Assembly: GCA_964569985.1 (NCBI GenBank)
Contig: CAZMWL010000022.1
Location: 2,328-66,327 of the forward strand
From: an uncultured Terracidiphilus sp.
Lineage (GTDB): Bacteria; Acidobacteriota; Terriglobia; Terriglobales; Acidobacteriaceae
DNA: 64,000 bases
Direction: 5' to 3'
Shown in pieces: positions 28,898 through 38,121 of the stretch. The translations under genes and the position numbers were made by a program. Position 1 is the stretch's first letter, and each line of letters opens with the position of its first letter. The notes under the pieces are model-generated. The model saw nothing but the letters and a program-made list of their open reading frames with translations, was not told where the DNA came from and made no database searches.

Positions 28898-29535
28898 ATC
28901 CGCCGATTAGGGCTGGCTCCCGCCCCGCGGCCACAGACTCAGGAAAATCGGGAAAGCTCCTTGCGCTCTCCCGCCCGAAGTTCGATTTTGGTACGAATGC
29001 CCTTAGCTTACCCAATTTGGTAAGAATGATCTGCAAAAGATTTTGTCTTTGTAGTGATCTATTGTTTCAACCACTTACGCCTCATCCCGCCCTCGCCAAC
29101 CTTTGACAAGCGCCGCCCACCACCATCTCGCCGCCCCAGATTCATCGCCAAAACGCAAACCCTCCGGCGCGTCGTCGAGGACGGGAGGCTACTTGTAAGA
29201 ACGCGCACCCATCTCTTATGCTTCGGCACGAGCCCGACATGGCTCGTTCTATCAATGGCCGCAATGATGAAACTCCGGCGCACCACTGCGATCTTTGCTG
29301 TTGCGCGATCCTGCTGTGTTTTCGGCATCGCCTCCGCGGCACATTCACAGGCGGAGAAACAGCCCAATCCCACCCACCTCAATTTCGCTTGATGGCGCGA
29401 CCGTCACTACCCAGTAAAAAGTTCACTCCGCTAGCCACGCCGGCTCCGCTCGCGCCGCTGATCTGCCGCCAAACCCCTCCGTCCGCAGTCCCGCAGCCCC
29501 ACGTCCTTGCCTTCCTCCCTGCTAACATTCCTGCT

Positions 29536-31689
29536 ATGCAATTCTTGCCTCGCAGCCTTCGCTGCGCCGCCCTGGCGCTCATCCTGTGCGCAACCTCCCT
29601 CCTGCCCGTTTGCGCCCAAACCTTCGCGTCCGGCGCCCCAGGGCCCGGCCCAGCGCTCTCCAGTCAGCGGCGCGCCCAGACCTTCGGCCAGGTCGCCGTT
29701 TCGCCCGATGGCAAGCGCCTCGCCTGGATCGACCGCGGCGAAATTCGCGTTGCTCCTGTCGGAAGCCTCGGCCAGAGCCAGCGCATCACCGCCGCTTCCT
29801 CGCCCGACGGTTCCTGCACCGAGTCCGACCCCGTCTGGTCGCCCGACTCCGCCGCCCTCGCTTTTCTCTCCGATTGCGCGGACCTCGGCGGCCAATCCGA
29901 CCTCTATCTCGCGCATCTCGACGGCAACCCGTCCCGGCGTCTCTCCGGCCTCCATGGCGACGTCGATGCGCCCGCTTTCTCGCCCGACGGCAAACGCATC
30001 GCCTTCCTCTATGTCGAAGGCGCTACCCGCCCTGCCGGAGCCCTCGCCGCCATGGACGCGCCCTCCGGCGTCATCGGCGAAGACCAAATCGAGGTCCAGC
30101 GCGTCGCCGCCGTAGCCGCCGACGCGGCCCAGCCCACTGGCCCCACCTTTCTCTCGCCCGCCAATCTGCACGTGTACGAATTCGACTGGGCTCCCGATTC
30201 CAGGACCCTGGCCTACGTCGCTGCCGACCCGCCTGGCGAAAACAACTGGTGGGTCGCCAAGCTCTACACGCAATCCGCTGCGGAAGACTACAAACCCACC
30301 GCGATCCTCTCCCCCACTGACGTCCCCGGACCCCTCCACGGCCTGCAAATCGCCCTTCCGCGCTGGTCGCCCGACGGCAAAGCCATCGCTTTCATCGGCG
30401 GCCTCATGAGCGATCAGGGCGTCACCGGCGGCGACGTCTGGATCATTGACGCAGAAGGGGACCCAAAGGGGGATGCGGCAGGCAGCCAACCCCGCAATCT
30501 CACTCCCAACCGCCCCGCGTCCTCGCAATGGATTGTCTGGGGCGATAACGAGCACATCTTCACCAGCGAAGTTGCAGACGGCATCAGCCGCCTGGTGCGC
30601 TTCCGCCTGCAGGGCGACCGCATCAGTCCCAGCGTCGCCACCAGCTTTGCCGCGCCGGTCTTCACCTACCCCGGCACGGTCGGTCGCGGCAACTTCGATC
30701 GCAGCCTCGCCGTCACTGCCGATCGTTCTCTCTTCGTTTTTCAGGCAAGTTCGTTCAATCAGGCCCCGGAAATCTACGCTGCCGGCCCCGCTGCCGCAAC
30801 CGTTGCCCCACCCGTATCCACGTCCGCTCCCGCTTCTTCCGCCGGTGCCTCCGGCCTCACCCAGCTCTCGCATCTCAACGACGGCCTCAAACCCAACTGG
30901 GGAGACGCCGTCTCGCTCAACTGGACCAACGAAAATTTCCACATCCAGGGCTGGCTTCTCCTGCCCGCCAACTACGATTCCAGCAAGAAATATCCGCTCA
31001 TTGTCGAGGTCCACGGCGGTCCGGCCTCGGATATTGCCTCCCGCTGGGCTGGAGGCGGCGGCGGTTTCAGCGCCACCGCCTATTCCGCCCTCGGCTACTT
31101 CGTCCTCATGCCCAACCCCCGCGGCAGCTACGGCCAGGGCGAGGCCTTTACCCAGGCCAATCGCAAGGACTTCGGCTACGGCGACCTCCGCGACATCCTG
31201 GCCGGTGTCGACACGGTGCTGGCGAAATATCCCGTCGACCCCAACCGCGTGGGCATCACCGGCTGGAGCTATGGCGGTTTCATGACCATGTTCGCCGTCA
31301 CCCAGACCCATCGCTTCCGCGCCGCCGTGGCCGGGGCCGGCATTTCAGACTGGCTGTCGTATTACGGAGAAAACTCCATCGACCAGTGGATGATTCCTTA
31401 CTTCGGCGCCTCGGTGTACGACGACCCGCAGGTGTACGCAAAAAGCTCTGCCATCTCCTTCATCAAGAACGTCAACACTCCCACCCTGGCAGTCGTCGGC
31501 GACCGCGACGGCGAGTGTCCCGCGCCCCAATCCTTTGAGTTCTGGCACGCCCTGCGAGACCTGCACGTCCCCGCGCAGTTGGTCGTTTACCCCAATGAGG
31601 GCCACGGTTTCTCCGATCCGGCCCACCGCTGGGATGTCCAGCAACGCGCCATCGAGTGGTTTGCCCGGTATATGCCCCCCACCCCCTGA
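29536..31689 (+). CDS. S9 family prolyl oligopeptidase / acylaminoacyl peptidase
   Basis: PD40-type repeats (SPDGKR), VHGGP, PNPRGS.GQG, GWSYGG, D.ECP, EGHGF; signal peptide. Confidence 0.93.
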   Translation: MQFLPRSLRCAALALILCATSLLPVCAQTFASGAPGPGPALSSQRRAQTFGQVAVSPDGKRLAWIDRGEIRVAPVGSLGQSQRITAASSPDGSCTESDPVWSPDSAALAFLSDCADLGGQSDLYLAHLDGNPSRRLSGLHGDVDAPAFSPDGKRIAFLYVEGATRPAGALAAMDAPSGVIGEDQIEVQRVAAVAADAAQPTGPTFLSPANLHVYEFDWAPDSRTLAYVAADPPGENNWWVAKLYTQSAAEDYKPTAILSPTDVPGPLHGLQIALPRWSPDGKAIAFIGGLMSDQGVTGGDVWIIDAEGDPKGDAAGSQPRNLTPNRPASSQWIVWGDNEHIFTSEVADGISRLVRFRLQGDRISPSVATSFAAPVFTYPGTVGRGNFDRSLAVTADRSLFVFQASSFNQAPEIYAAGPAAATVAPPVSTSAPASSAGASGLTQLSHLNDGLKPNWGDAVSLNWTNENFHIQGWLLLPANYDSSKKYPLIVEVHGGPASDIASRWAGGGGGFSATAYSALGYFVLMPNPRGSYGQGEAFTQANRKDFGYGDLRDILAGVDTVLAKYPVDPNRVGITGWSYGGFMTMFAVTQTHRFRAAVAGAGISDWLSYYGENSIDQWMIPYFGASVYDDPQVYAKSSAISFIKNVNTPTLAVVGDRDGECPAPQSFEFWHALRDLHVPAQLVVYPNEGHGFSDPAHRWDVQQRAIEWFARYMPPTP

Positions 31690-32038
31690 TCCTGCGCTTG
31701 CTTCCTTACTCGGAGGTCACGCAGTCCCTGAGTCCCTTAGTCCCTGCCTTTCTGCTCCCCATCTGGCCCCGACACAGTCTATTCAGCAGAGCTGCGTTGC
31801 CGACTGGTTCTGTGCCAGAGGTAGGCTCGTCCTGATACACTTTTTTCTTGGAGTATTCAGTGTGCGTCTCGCCTCTTCGGCCGCCTGCGGCAGTGTGCCG
31901 CCGGGGATCTCGAGCTTGGGTGCGATCCACCTGTTGCGGGCCGACCCTGAGCATTAAAAGGGAAGGCAATAACTCAATTTTCTTTACGTGTTCGTAGCGA
32001 CCGTTCCGCGGTTCGACGGCGCGGAGCGGGGAGGATTC

Positions 32039-34570
32039 ATGCGGCGGTTCTTGACGCTTGTTTGTTTGCTTGGCCTGGCCCTTCCGGCTGGGATTTCCAT
32101 CTCCGGTTGCGTGCGCAACCCGGCAGGAAACTACTGCAACGGCGAGGGCTACGGCCCGAAGGACACCGACGTTACTCAACTCATCCTGCAGCCGCAGGTT
32201 GCCGGCATCTCGCTGGCCTACGGGCAGACCACCCAGATACAGAGCCCTTCTGCTTACACCTGCAAGGGCGTTGCGGCCTCGGTTGGCACCAACCAGATTA
32301 ACTACGGCACCTCCAACAATCAGTTGGTCGACATCTCTCCCTCCGGCCAGCTCTGCGCCGGCACCTGGAACCGCAATACCGGCGGCGGCATTGCCGACTA
32401 CACCTACTGCAACTACCCCAATCCCTTGCCGTCCTCCCAGGGCCTGCCCTACGCCGTTGCCTATCTCACGGCCACTGCCGATTCCGTCACCTCCAACCCT
32501 GTCGCCGTATACATTCACGCGCCGGTCACCGCCATCAGTTTGGTCACCACCTCGCTTTCCAGCTCTTCGCCCCAGCAATGCTTCTCCCAGAACCAGCAGG
32601 CTCAGCTCGACGCCCAGGCCTGCTACGTCAACAACGGCACGCAATACGAGTTCTGCGCTCCGCCTACGGTATCCTCGGCAAACTATGTTTGCGCGGGTGG
32701 CCTGGCTCCGGGCGTCACTTCGGTCCCCAGTTGCGGATCCTCCATCGGCACCCTCAACTTCTCGGTCAGCAATTCATCCGTCGCCACCTTCAACTCGACC
32801 ACCGACGTTCTTACCGCCCAGCAGCCCGGCACCACCTCCATCACCGCCACCATTGCACAATCGGCATCGTCGGCTGGCTACTTCTCCACCTGCCCGCCGA
32901 AGTCCATTAGCGTTTCGCTGGCCAACGGATCCACCAATGGCGTCGTCGCCCAGGGTGTCACGCAGAACCTCACCACCACGGTCATCGACACCAACAACAA
33001 CCCCATCACCGGCTTGAGCCTCCAATACGAGTCCACCAACATCGTTGACGTCGGGGCCACCAGTTCGGGCACCATCACCGCCGCCTTCCCCGGTGTCGGA
33101 TCGGTCTATGCGGTCTGTGAGCCGGGAGCCTGCAATCCTGCCCCCATCAATGAGTTCGGCCTCAATGGCACCGGCCTGCCGCTCTCTTCCAATCCGGTCA
33201 GCATCATCGTCCCCGGCACCACCAGCGACTACGTCTGGTTCGCCGCGCCCGGACAGTCGCAGTATTTCGCTTCCATGGAACTGCTTACCGGAAACCCCGG
33301 TTCCTCCGCGCGCCTGCCCTTCGTGCCCAACTCCATGGTCATGGACCCGGGCGGCAACAACCTCTATTTCGGTTCGCCCCGCGAGTTGATGGTCTTCTCG
33401 ACGGTAAGCAACTCCCTCACCAACCAGAACACCGCGGTGCCCGGCGTCGTGCTAGCCGTCTCGCCCAGCAACAGTGAGCTGGTCATCAACGATCAGATCC
33501 GCGGAGTGTTTTACATTTACAACACCGCCTCCGGCTTGGGATCTTCCTACGGGGGATTGGGAGTCGCTGCCGAATGGACGCCCGATTCTAATACGGCCTA
33601 CATCGTCGATAGCGCCGCGGCGGGTGCGGGCCACACCAACACGCTCTACGTCTACAACGTCAACCTCGGCTGGAGCACCTACCCTCTTACCGCTTCCGGC
33701 GGTTCTCAGAACGTAGCCGTTACGGTTCCCGGCATCGGCGCGTATCTCGCCGGCTTTCCAACCGTCGCCCACACCTGGTGCCCCTCCGGCACGGTCGGCA
33801 ACAACGCCAGCATTCAGTTCTTTCCGCAAAGCGATACCGTCAATCAGCCCACCAACGTCCTGGGGGCCACAAGCAATGGGGAGCACATGCTCGGCGCTTC
33901 GCTCAGCAGCAACAGCATCACGCTTGTCGACATCGGGCTCGACATTTCGGCCACTCCGCTGTGCCCTGAAGCCACCACCGGCACACCGCCCAATCAGGTG
34001 GAGACCATGAAGCCTCTCTCCACCAACCCCACGCTCGATGGCACGGTGAATCTCATCCAAGTCACCAATGCGACTGCCGTCAACCAGATCGTCACTGGCA
34101 CGGCGCCCACCACCAATTCCACCACCACGGCCGCGCCCATCGCCTTCGTCACCTACTCGACACCCAGCACGGCCACCACGGCAGCCGAGCTCCCGTTCTA
34201 CCTGCCACAGCCCCTGTCGAACGGAGTCGGCCCCGTCGGCCCCGTGAGCTACGTCAAGTTTGCCGACGCTTCCTCGGCCACGCCGCCCATCGCTCCCCTC
34301 ACCGGCGCGTTTTCGCCCGATAACTCCATCTTCTTTGTCTCCACCGCCGGCGACAACGAGATCCACTTCATCAGCATTCCCACCAGCGTCAGCATTGCCA
34401 ATCCGCCCACCGATTCCCAACAGTACAGTCCCGCTCTGCCCGCCTGTACGCCGGTTGTGGAGGGCGGCAACGACGCCGGCTGTCTCTATCCGACGACTTT
34501 GCCGGCGCCAACTCCCAGCACTGTGGTTCCCGCAACCGTCATCACTGTCAAGCCGCGCTCGGTCACATAG
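32039..34570 (+). CDS. Cys-rich lipoprotein with Ig-like and propeller-like regions
   Basis: GGAGG RBS; lipobox ISGC; SVSNSSVATF...QPGTTSITAT Ig-like segment; FSPDNSIFFV. Confidence 0.7.
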   Translation: MRRFLTLVCLLGLALPAGISISGCVRNPAGNYCNGEGYGPKDTDVTQLILQPQVAGISLAYGQTTQIQSPSAYTCKGVAASVGTNQINYGTSNNQLVDISPSGQLCAGTWNRNTGGGIADYTYCNYPNPLPSSQGLPYAVAYLTATADSVTSNPVAVYIHAPVTAISLVTTSLSSSSPQQCFSQNQQAQLDAQACYVNNGTQYEFCAPPTVSSANYVCAGGLAPGVTSVPSCGSSIGTLNFSVSNSSVATFNSTTDVLTAQQPGTTSITATIAQSASSAGYFSTCPPKSISVSLANGSTNGVVAQGVTQNLTTTVIDTNNNPITGLSLQYESTNIVDVGATSSGTITAAFPGVGSVYAVCEPGACNPAPINEFGLNGTGLPLSSNPVSIIVPGTTSDYVWFAAPGQSQYFASMELLTGNPGSSARLPFVPNSMVMDPGGNNLYFGSPRELMVFSTVSNSLTNQNTAVPGVVLAVSPSNSELVINDQIRGVFYIYNTASGLGSSYGGLGVAAEWTPDSNTAYIVDSAAAGAGHTNTLYVYNVNLGWSTYPLTASGGSQNVAVTVPGIGAYLAGFPTVAHTWCPSGTVGNNASIQFFPQSDTVNQPTNVLGATSNGEHMLGASLSSNSITLVDIGLDISATPLCPEATTGTPPNQVETMKPLSTNPTLDGTVNLIQVTNATAVNQIVTGTAPTTNSTTTAAPIAFVTYSTPSTATTAAELPFYLPQPLSNGVGPVGPVSYVKFADASSATPPIAPLTGAFSPDNSIFFVSTAGDNEIHFISIPTSVSIANPPTDSQQYSPALPACTPVVEGGNDAGCLYPTTLPAPTPSTVVPATVITVKPRSVT

Positions 34571-34650
34571 TCCCAGCGCCGGTCGTGCACCCCGTCCTTG
34601 GGCGGGGTGTGTGCGTCGTCTGTCCCGCTCCCGCACGCTAAAATCAACTC

Positions 34651-35520
34651 ATGATCAAGGGCATCTCAATTCTGCGTCCCGCCGGAAACGCTGCGGCCTA
34701 TGAACGGCTGAGCGGCTTTTTCCGGGCGCTCGGTTTTGCCCCTGGCAAAGGATGGCAGGAAGAGGGATCGCGCGGCGCTTCGTTCCTGGCCCCGCTGGGC
34801 AATCTGGAATTTGTCGACGGCCGTTTTCCCTCCACCGCCGATCTCCTCATTGAAGTCACATCCCTCGACTCTATCCATCAGGTGGCGGAGGCGTGGCTGC
34901 GCGCCCAGGGTGGCGACGCGGCGGTGGCACGTCTCTCGGCCATCGCGGAGACCCACTGGAAATCCCGCATCTTTCACGTCGAGCCCGAGCCCGGCTTCCG
35001 CTTCAGCTTCTGGGCCTGGGCAGACCCGGTAAAAGGCAAGCCCGTCGCGCTCGAGGGCGATCTTTCTGCCGCGGGAATGAAGTTCGCTGTCATCGTCTCG
35101 CGCTGGAACGCCGTAGTCACCGACCGGCTGCTGGAAGCCGCGCTTGACGCGCTCCTGCGCAGCGGCGCCGACCGCAGCGATATTCATGTCATCCGCGTTC
35201 CCGGCGCGTGGGAGATTCCCGCCGCAGCCCGCACCTTGGCCAACACAGGCGGAGTGGACGCTATCGTGACGCTGGGCTGCCTCCTGCGCGGCGAAACTGC
35301 CCACTACGAGGCCATCTACAACGAAGTGGCCCGCGGTATCGGTCAGTCGCAGCAGGAGACAGGCATTCCCCACAGCTTTGGCGTGCTCACCTGCGAAACC
35401 CTGGAGCAGGCGCTGAACCGCGCCGGCATCAAGGCCGGCAACAAGGGCTTCGAGGCCGCCGCGGCCGCGATTGAAATGGTGAGCCTGCGCCGCAAGGTGC
35501 AGCAAGGCGGTCCCGCTTGA
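34651..35520 (+). CDS. ribH: 6,7-dimethyl-8-ribityllumazine synthase with N-terminal VOC-like extension
   Basis: IVSRWN, VPGAWEIP, GCLLRGETAHY, GNKGFEAA; followed by nusB. Confidence 0.93.
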   Translation: MIKGISILRPAGNAAAYERLSGFFRALGFAPGKGWQEEGSRGASFLAPLGNLEFVDGRFPSTADLLIEVTSLDSIHQVAEAWLRAQGGDAAVARLSAIAETHWKSRIFHVEPEPGFRFSFWAWADPVKGKPVALEGDLSAAGMKFAVIVSRWNAVVTDRLLEAALDALLRSGADRSDIHVIRVPGAWEIPAAARTLANTGGVDAIVTLGCLLRGETAHYEAIYNEVARGIGQSQQETGIPHSFGVLTCETLEQALNRAGIKAGNKGFEAAAAAIEMVSLRRKVQQGGPA

Positions 35521-35936
35521 CCAGCCGCCATCGCCGCAAGTCCCGCGAACTCGCCATGCAAATGCTCTTTCAGGCCGACGTCGGCCACCAGACGGGTGAC
35601 CAGGTGCGCGCCACGTTCTGGAAGGCCGGCGATCCCGTCGAGCCCGAAGTTCAAGGATTCGCAGAAGACCTTTTCCGCGTTGCCCAGGAGCGCCAGGAAG
35701 AGATTGACGCGCTCATTGCCAGCCATTCCACGCACTGGCGTCTCGATCGCATGCCCGCCGTCGACCGCAATCTGCTGCGCATGGCCGTCGCCGAATTGGT
35801 CGGCTTCAAGTCCACACCATTTCCCGTGGTCATCAACGAGGCGCTCGAGATCGGTCGCCGCTACTGCGCGCTCGAGTCCAGCAACTTCCTCAACGGCGTC
35901 CTCGACTCCATTGCCCGCGACCTGATTCCAAAATAA
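35517..35936 (+). CDS. nusB: Transcription antitermination factor NusB
   Basis: RRKSRELAMQMLFQ, WRLDRMPAVDRNLLR, VVINEALE, FLNGVLD. Confidence 0.96.
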   Translation: MTSRHRRKSRELAMQMLFQADVGHQTGDQVRATFWKAGDPVEPEVQGFAEDLFRVAQERQEEIDALIASHSTHWRLDRMPAVDRNLLRMAVAELVGFKSTPFPVVINEALEIGRRYCALESSNFLNGVLDSIARDLIPK

Positions 35937-36250
35937 CGACGGCGACAAATCGCGGGCCGTTAACCGTCTCCCCCGGCGAGCTCAAGGCCCGACCTCCGCG
36001 TACCTGAACCGGGAGCGTTGACCGCTGCCCGTACGCCGCCGGGAGAACGCCTTGACCGAGCCCTTACCGCCCGATATATTTCCTGACATCGAGATTTTTT
36101 CCTGGGCCAGTCTCCGATTTTCGCGCGTTGCTCCGCGAATCGATCGTGAGGAACTGCAATGCCCGATCGAAAGAGTCAAGAGAATGGCCGTAACATCACG
36201 CTGCTTCCACTCTGAAACCATCATGGATATTGATGCCATCCGCTAACCCC

Positions 36251-37450
36251 ATGCAAAATCCTGCGGGGAGCTACTACCGCCCCGGATTAGACGTGGTGCG
36301 GTTCATCGCATTCCTGACGGTCTTTCTTTGGCATGCGCTTCCTGTGCCGCCTGACTCGCGAATCGTCGATCATCTGGGCGCAGGCGTGGCCAGCCTCTAC
36401 GAATTGTTCTATTACTGCCTGCGCTTCGGCCTTTCCCTGTTCTTCACGCTGAGCGCATTTCTCATCTTCGAGCTCCTGCTGCGTGAACGGCACTCAACCG
36501 GAACGGTTGCGATCAAGCAGTTTTATGTTCGACGCATCCTGCGTATCTGGCCTCTTTACTATCTGGGACTCGCCTTTGCCGTAGGTGTGGCTCTTCACGA
36601 CGGCAATAGCGCACAAAACCTGGCGGCGCTCGGCTGGTTCGCGGTGTTTCTTGGCTCCTGGTATTTGACTGCACATGGCTTGATGACCATCCCTGCGAAC
36701 CACCTGTGGAGCATTTCGGTCGAAGAGCAGTTCTACCTTTTCGCGCCGTGGCTTGCGAAGCACTGTAGCCGCAGGCTTTTGTTCGGCTTTTGCGCGCTTG
36801 TCGTAGTCGTTGCCAATGGCACTGTGTACCTCGTGGCAGGAGCCATGCCCGGCGATCTCAAGACATGGGCCAATTCCCTGGTCCAGTTTGAATGTTTTGC
36901 GGCCGGCATCCTCCTGGGCTTGTTTCTGCGCGGCAGGATTCTGAAAATGCACGCCTTGGCCCGCGTCCTTGCGTTTACGGGAGCGGCCGGTTTCTGGCTG
37001 GTTGCGGGGAACTTGTACAAAACTTTCTATTCGTCAAGCCCACGCTCCGGGAGCTGGCAACTCATGATTGCCTATGCGTTGGCAGCGGCGGGTTCGAGCC
37101 TGATCATCCTGGCCATGCTCGATTTCCGTGGGCAACGTCATTCCCGCTGGGCCATTCATCTGGGACGAATCTCCTACGGTCTTTACGTTTCACATTATTT
37201 CGTCGTCGGTCTCGTTGGAAGGATCGCATGGGACGAAATGGGATTGCACGGACTGCACTCTCATGTGCTCAGAGGCGCATTCGATTTCGCCGTGCAGATT
37301 GTATTGCCGTTTCTCATCACCTGGGTTCTTGCCGAGCTCTCCTACCGTTTTTTCGAGCGCCCTTTTCTGCGCTTGAAGCAGCGCTATACGGTGATCGCCA
37401 GTCAGCCGCAGGGAGACAGCAAAGCATTGCCCTCGCCCACCGCGACGTGA
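36251..37450 (+). CDS. Acyltransferase-3 (OafA-like) O-acyltransferase
   Basis: LDVVRFIA, FFTLSAFLI, RRILRIWPLYY, HLWSISVEEQFY, LGRISYGLY, SYRFFERPF. Confidence 0.9.
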   Translation: MQNPAGSYYRPGLDVVRFIAFLTVFLWHALPVPPDSRIVDHLGAGVASLYELFYYCLRFGLSLFFTLSAFLIFELLLRERHSTGTVAIKQFYVRRILRIWPLYYLGLAFAVGVALHDGNSAQNLAALGWFAVFLGSWYLTAHGLMTIPANHLWSISVEEQFYLFAPWLAKHCSRRLLFGFCALVVVVANGTVYLVAGAMPGDLKTWANSLVQFECFAAGILLGLFLRGRILKMHALARVLAFTGAAGFWLVAGNLYKTFYSSSPRSGSWQLMIAYALAAAGSSLIILAMLDFRGQRHSRWAIHLGRISYGLYVSHYFVVGLVGRIAWDEMGLHGLHSHVLRGAFDFAVQIVLPFLITWVLAELSYRFFERPFLRLKQRYTVIASQPQGDSKALPSPTAT

Positions 37451-37527
37451 TGCGGCGCGCACCGTCCCACACTACAGGCGTTCCACTCCGCAGCGCCCGC
37501 ATCGACCCTGATATTCTTGATCTCGTG

Positions 37528-38085
37528 ATGGTGCGTTCGCGTCTCAGGGGAATCTTCGTCATGGCCGCGCTGCTGGCCTTTGCGCTCGCTGCCTGCCACA
37601 GGGAAGAGCAGGCCGTGGAGGGCGTAGCCCACAAAGCCGAGACGGCCGAGAAAAAGGTGCAGGCCAACCAGACCGAGCTCGACCAGGAGCGCGCCCAGTT
37701 GGAGCAGATACCCCTGCCCACCAAGAGCCTTTACATCGATATTCACGACCCCGCTGCGTGGGACAATCCGTTTCTCTCCGTCGGCCCCGATGACATTGAT
37801 CTCCGCATCCTGTTGCCGGACGCCAATCCCAGCCCGGCAGGGCAGGGAAGCCTGCTTCGTCCCGTGGCCGCCCGCCGCCAGGAGCTTCAGTTGCGGCCCT
37901 CCGAACTCGATGAGGCTGTCGCCGCCATCCCGGCCGGCGCATGGCACTACGGCCGCGTGATCGCGATTGCGGAATCGCCTTCCGCCTCGCCCAAGGACCG
38001 TCCCAAGGTCCGCCGCAACGTCGAAGCCGCCATCAAGCAGCTCAACGATCTGGGTGTGGTCGTGGAAGAGTGGCCCGGGCGCTGA
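37528..38085 (+). CDS. Hypothetical lipoprotein
   Basis: Lipobox ALAAC, coiled-coil segment, host-like codon usage. Confidence 0.7.
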   Translation: MVRSRLRGIFVMAALLAFALAACHREEQAVEGVAHKAETAEKKVQANQTELDQERAQLEQIPLPTKSLYIDIHDPAAWDNPFLSVGPDDIDLRILLPDANPSPAGQGSLLRPVAARRQELQLRPSELDEAVAAIPAGAWHYGRVIAIAESPSASPKDRPKVRRNVEAAIKQLNDLGVVVEEWPGR

Positions 38086-38121
38086 ATTCGGCGCGTTCCT
38101 TGCAGCCAGTGATCCGATGTC

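Noticed and set aside
29054..29392. Short ORFs on either strand upstream of the S9 peptidase
   Set aside because: No recognisable motif or good RBS; the + strand tail resembles a signal peptide but is too weak to call a pseudogene.
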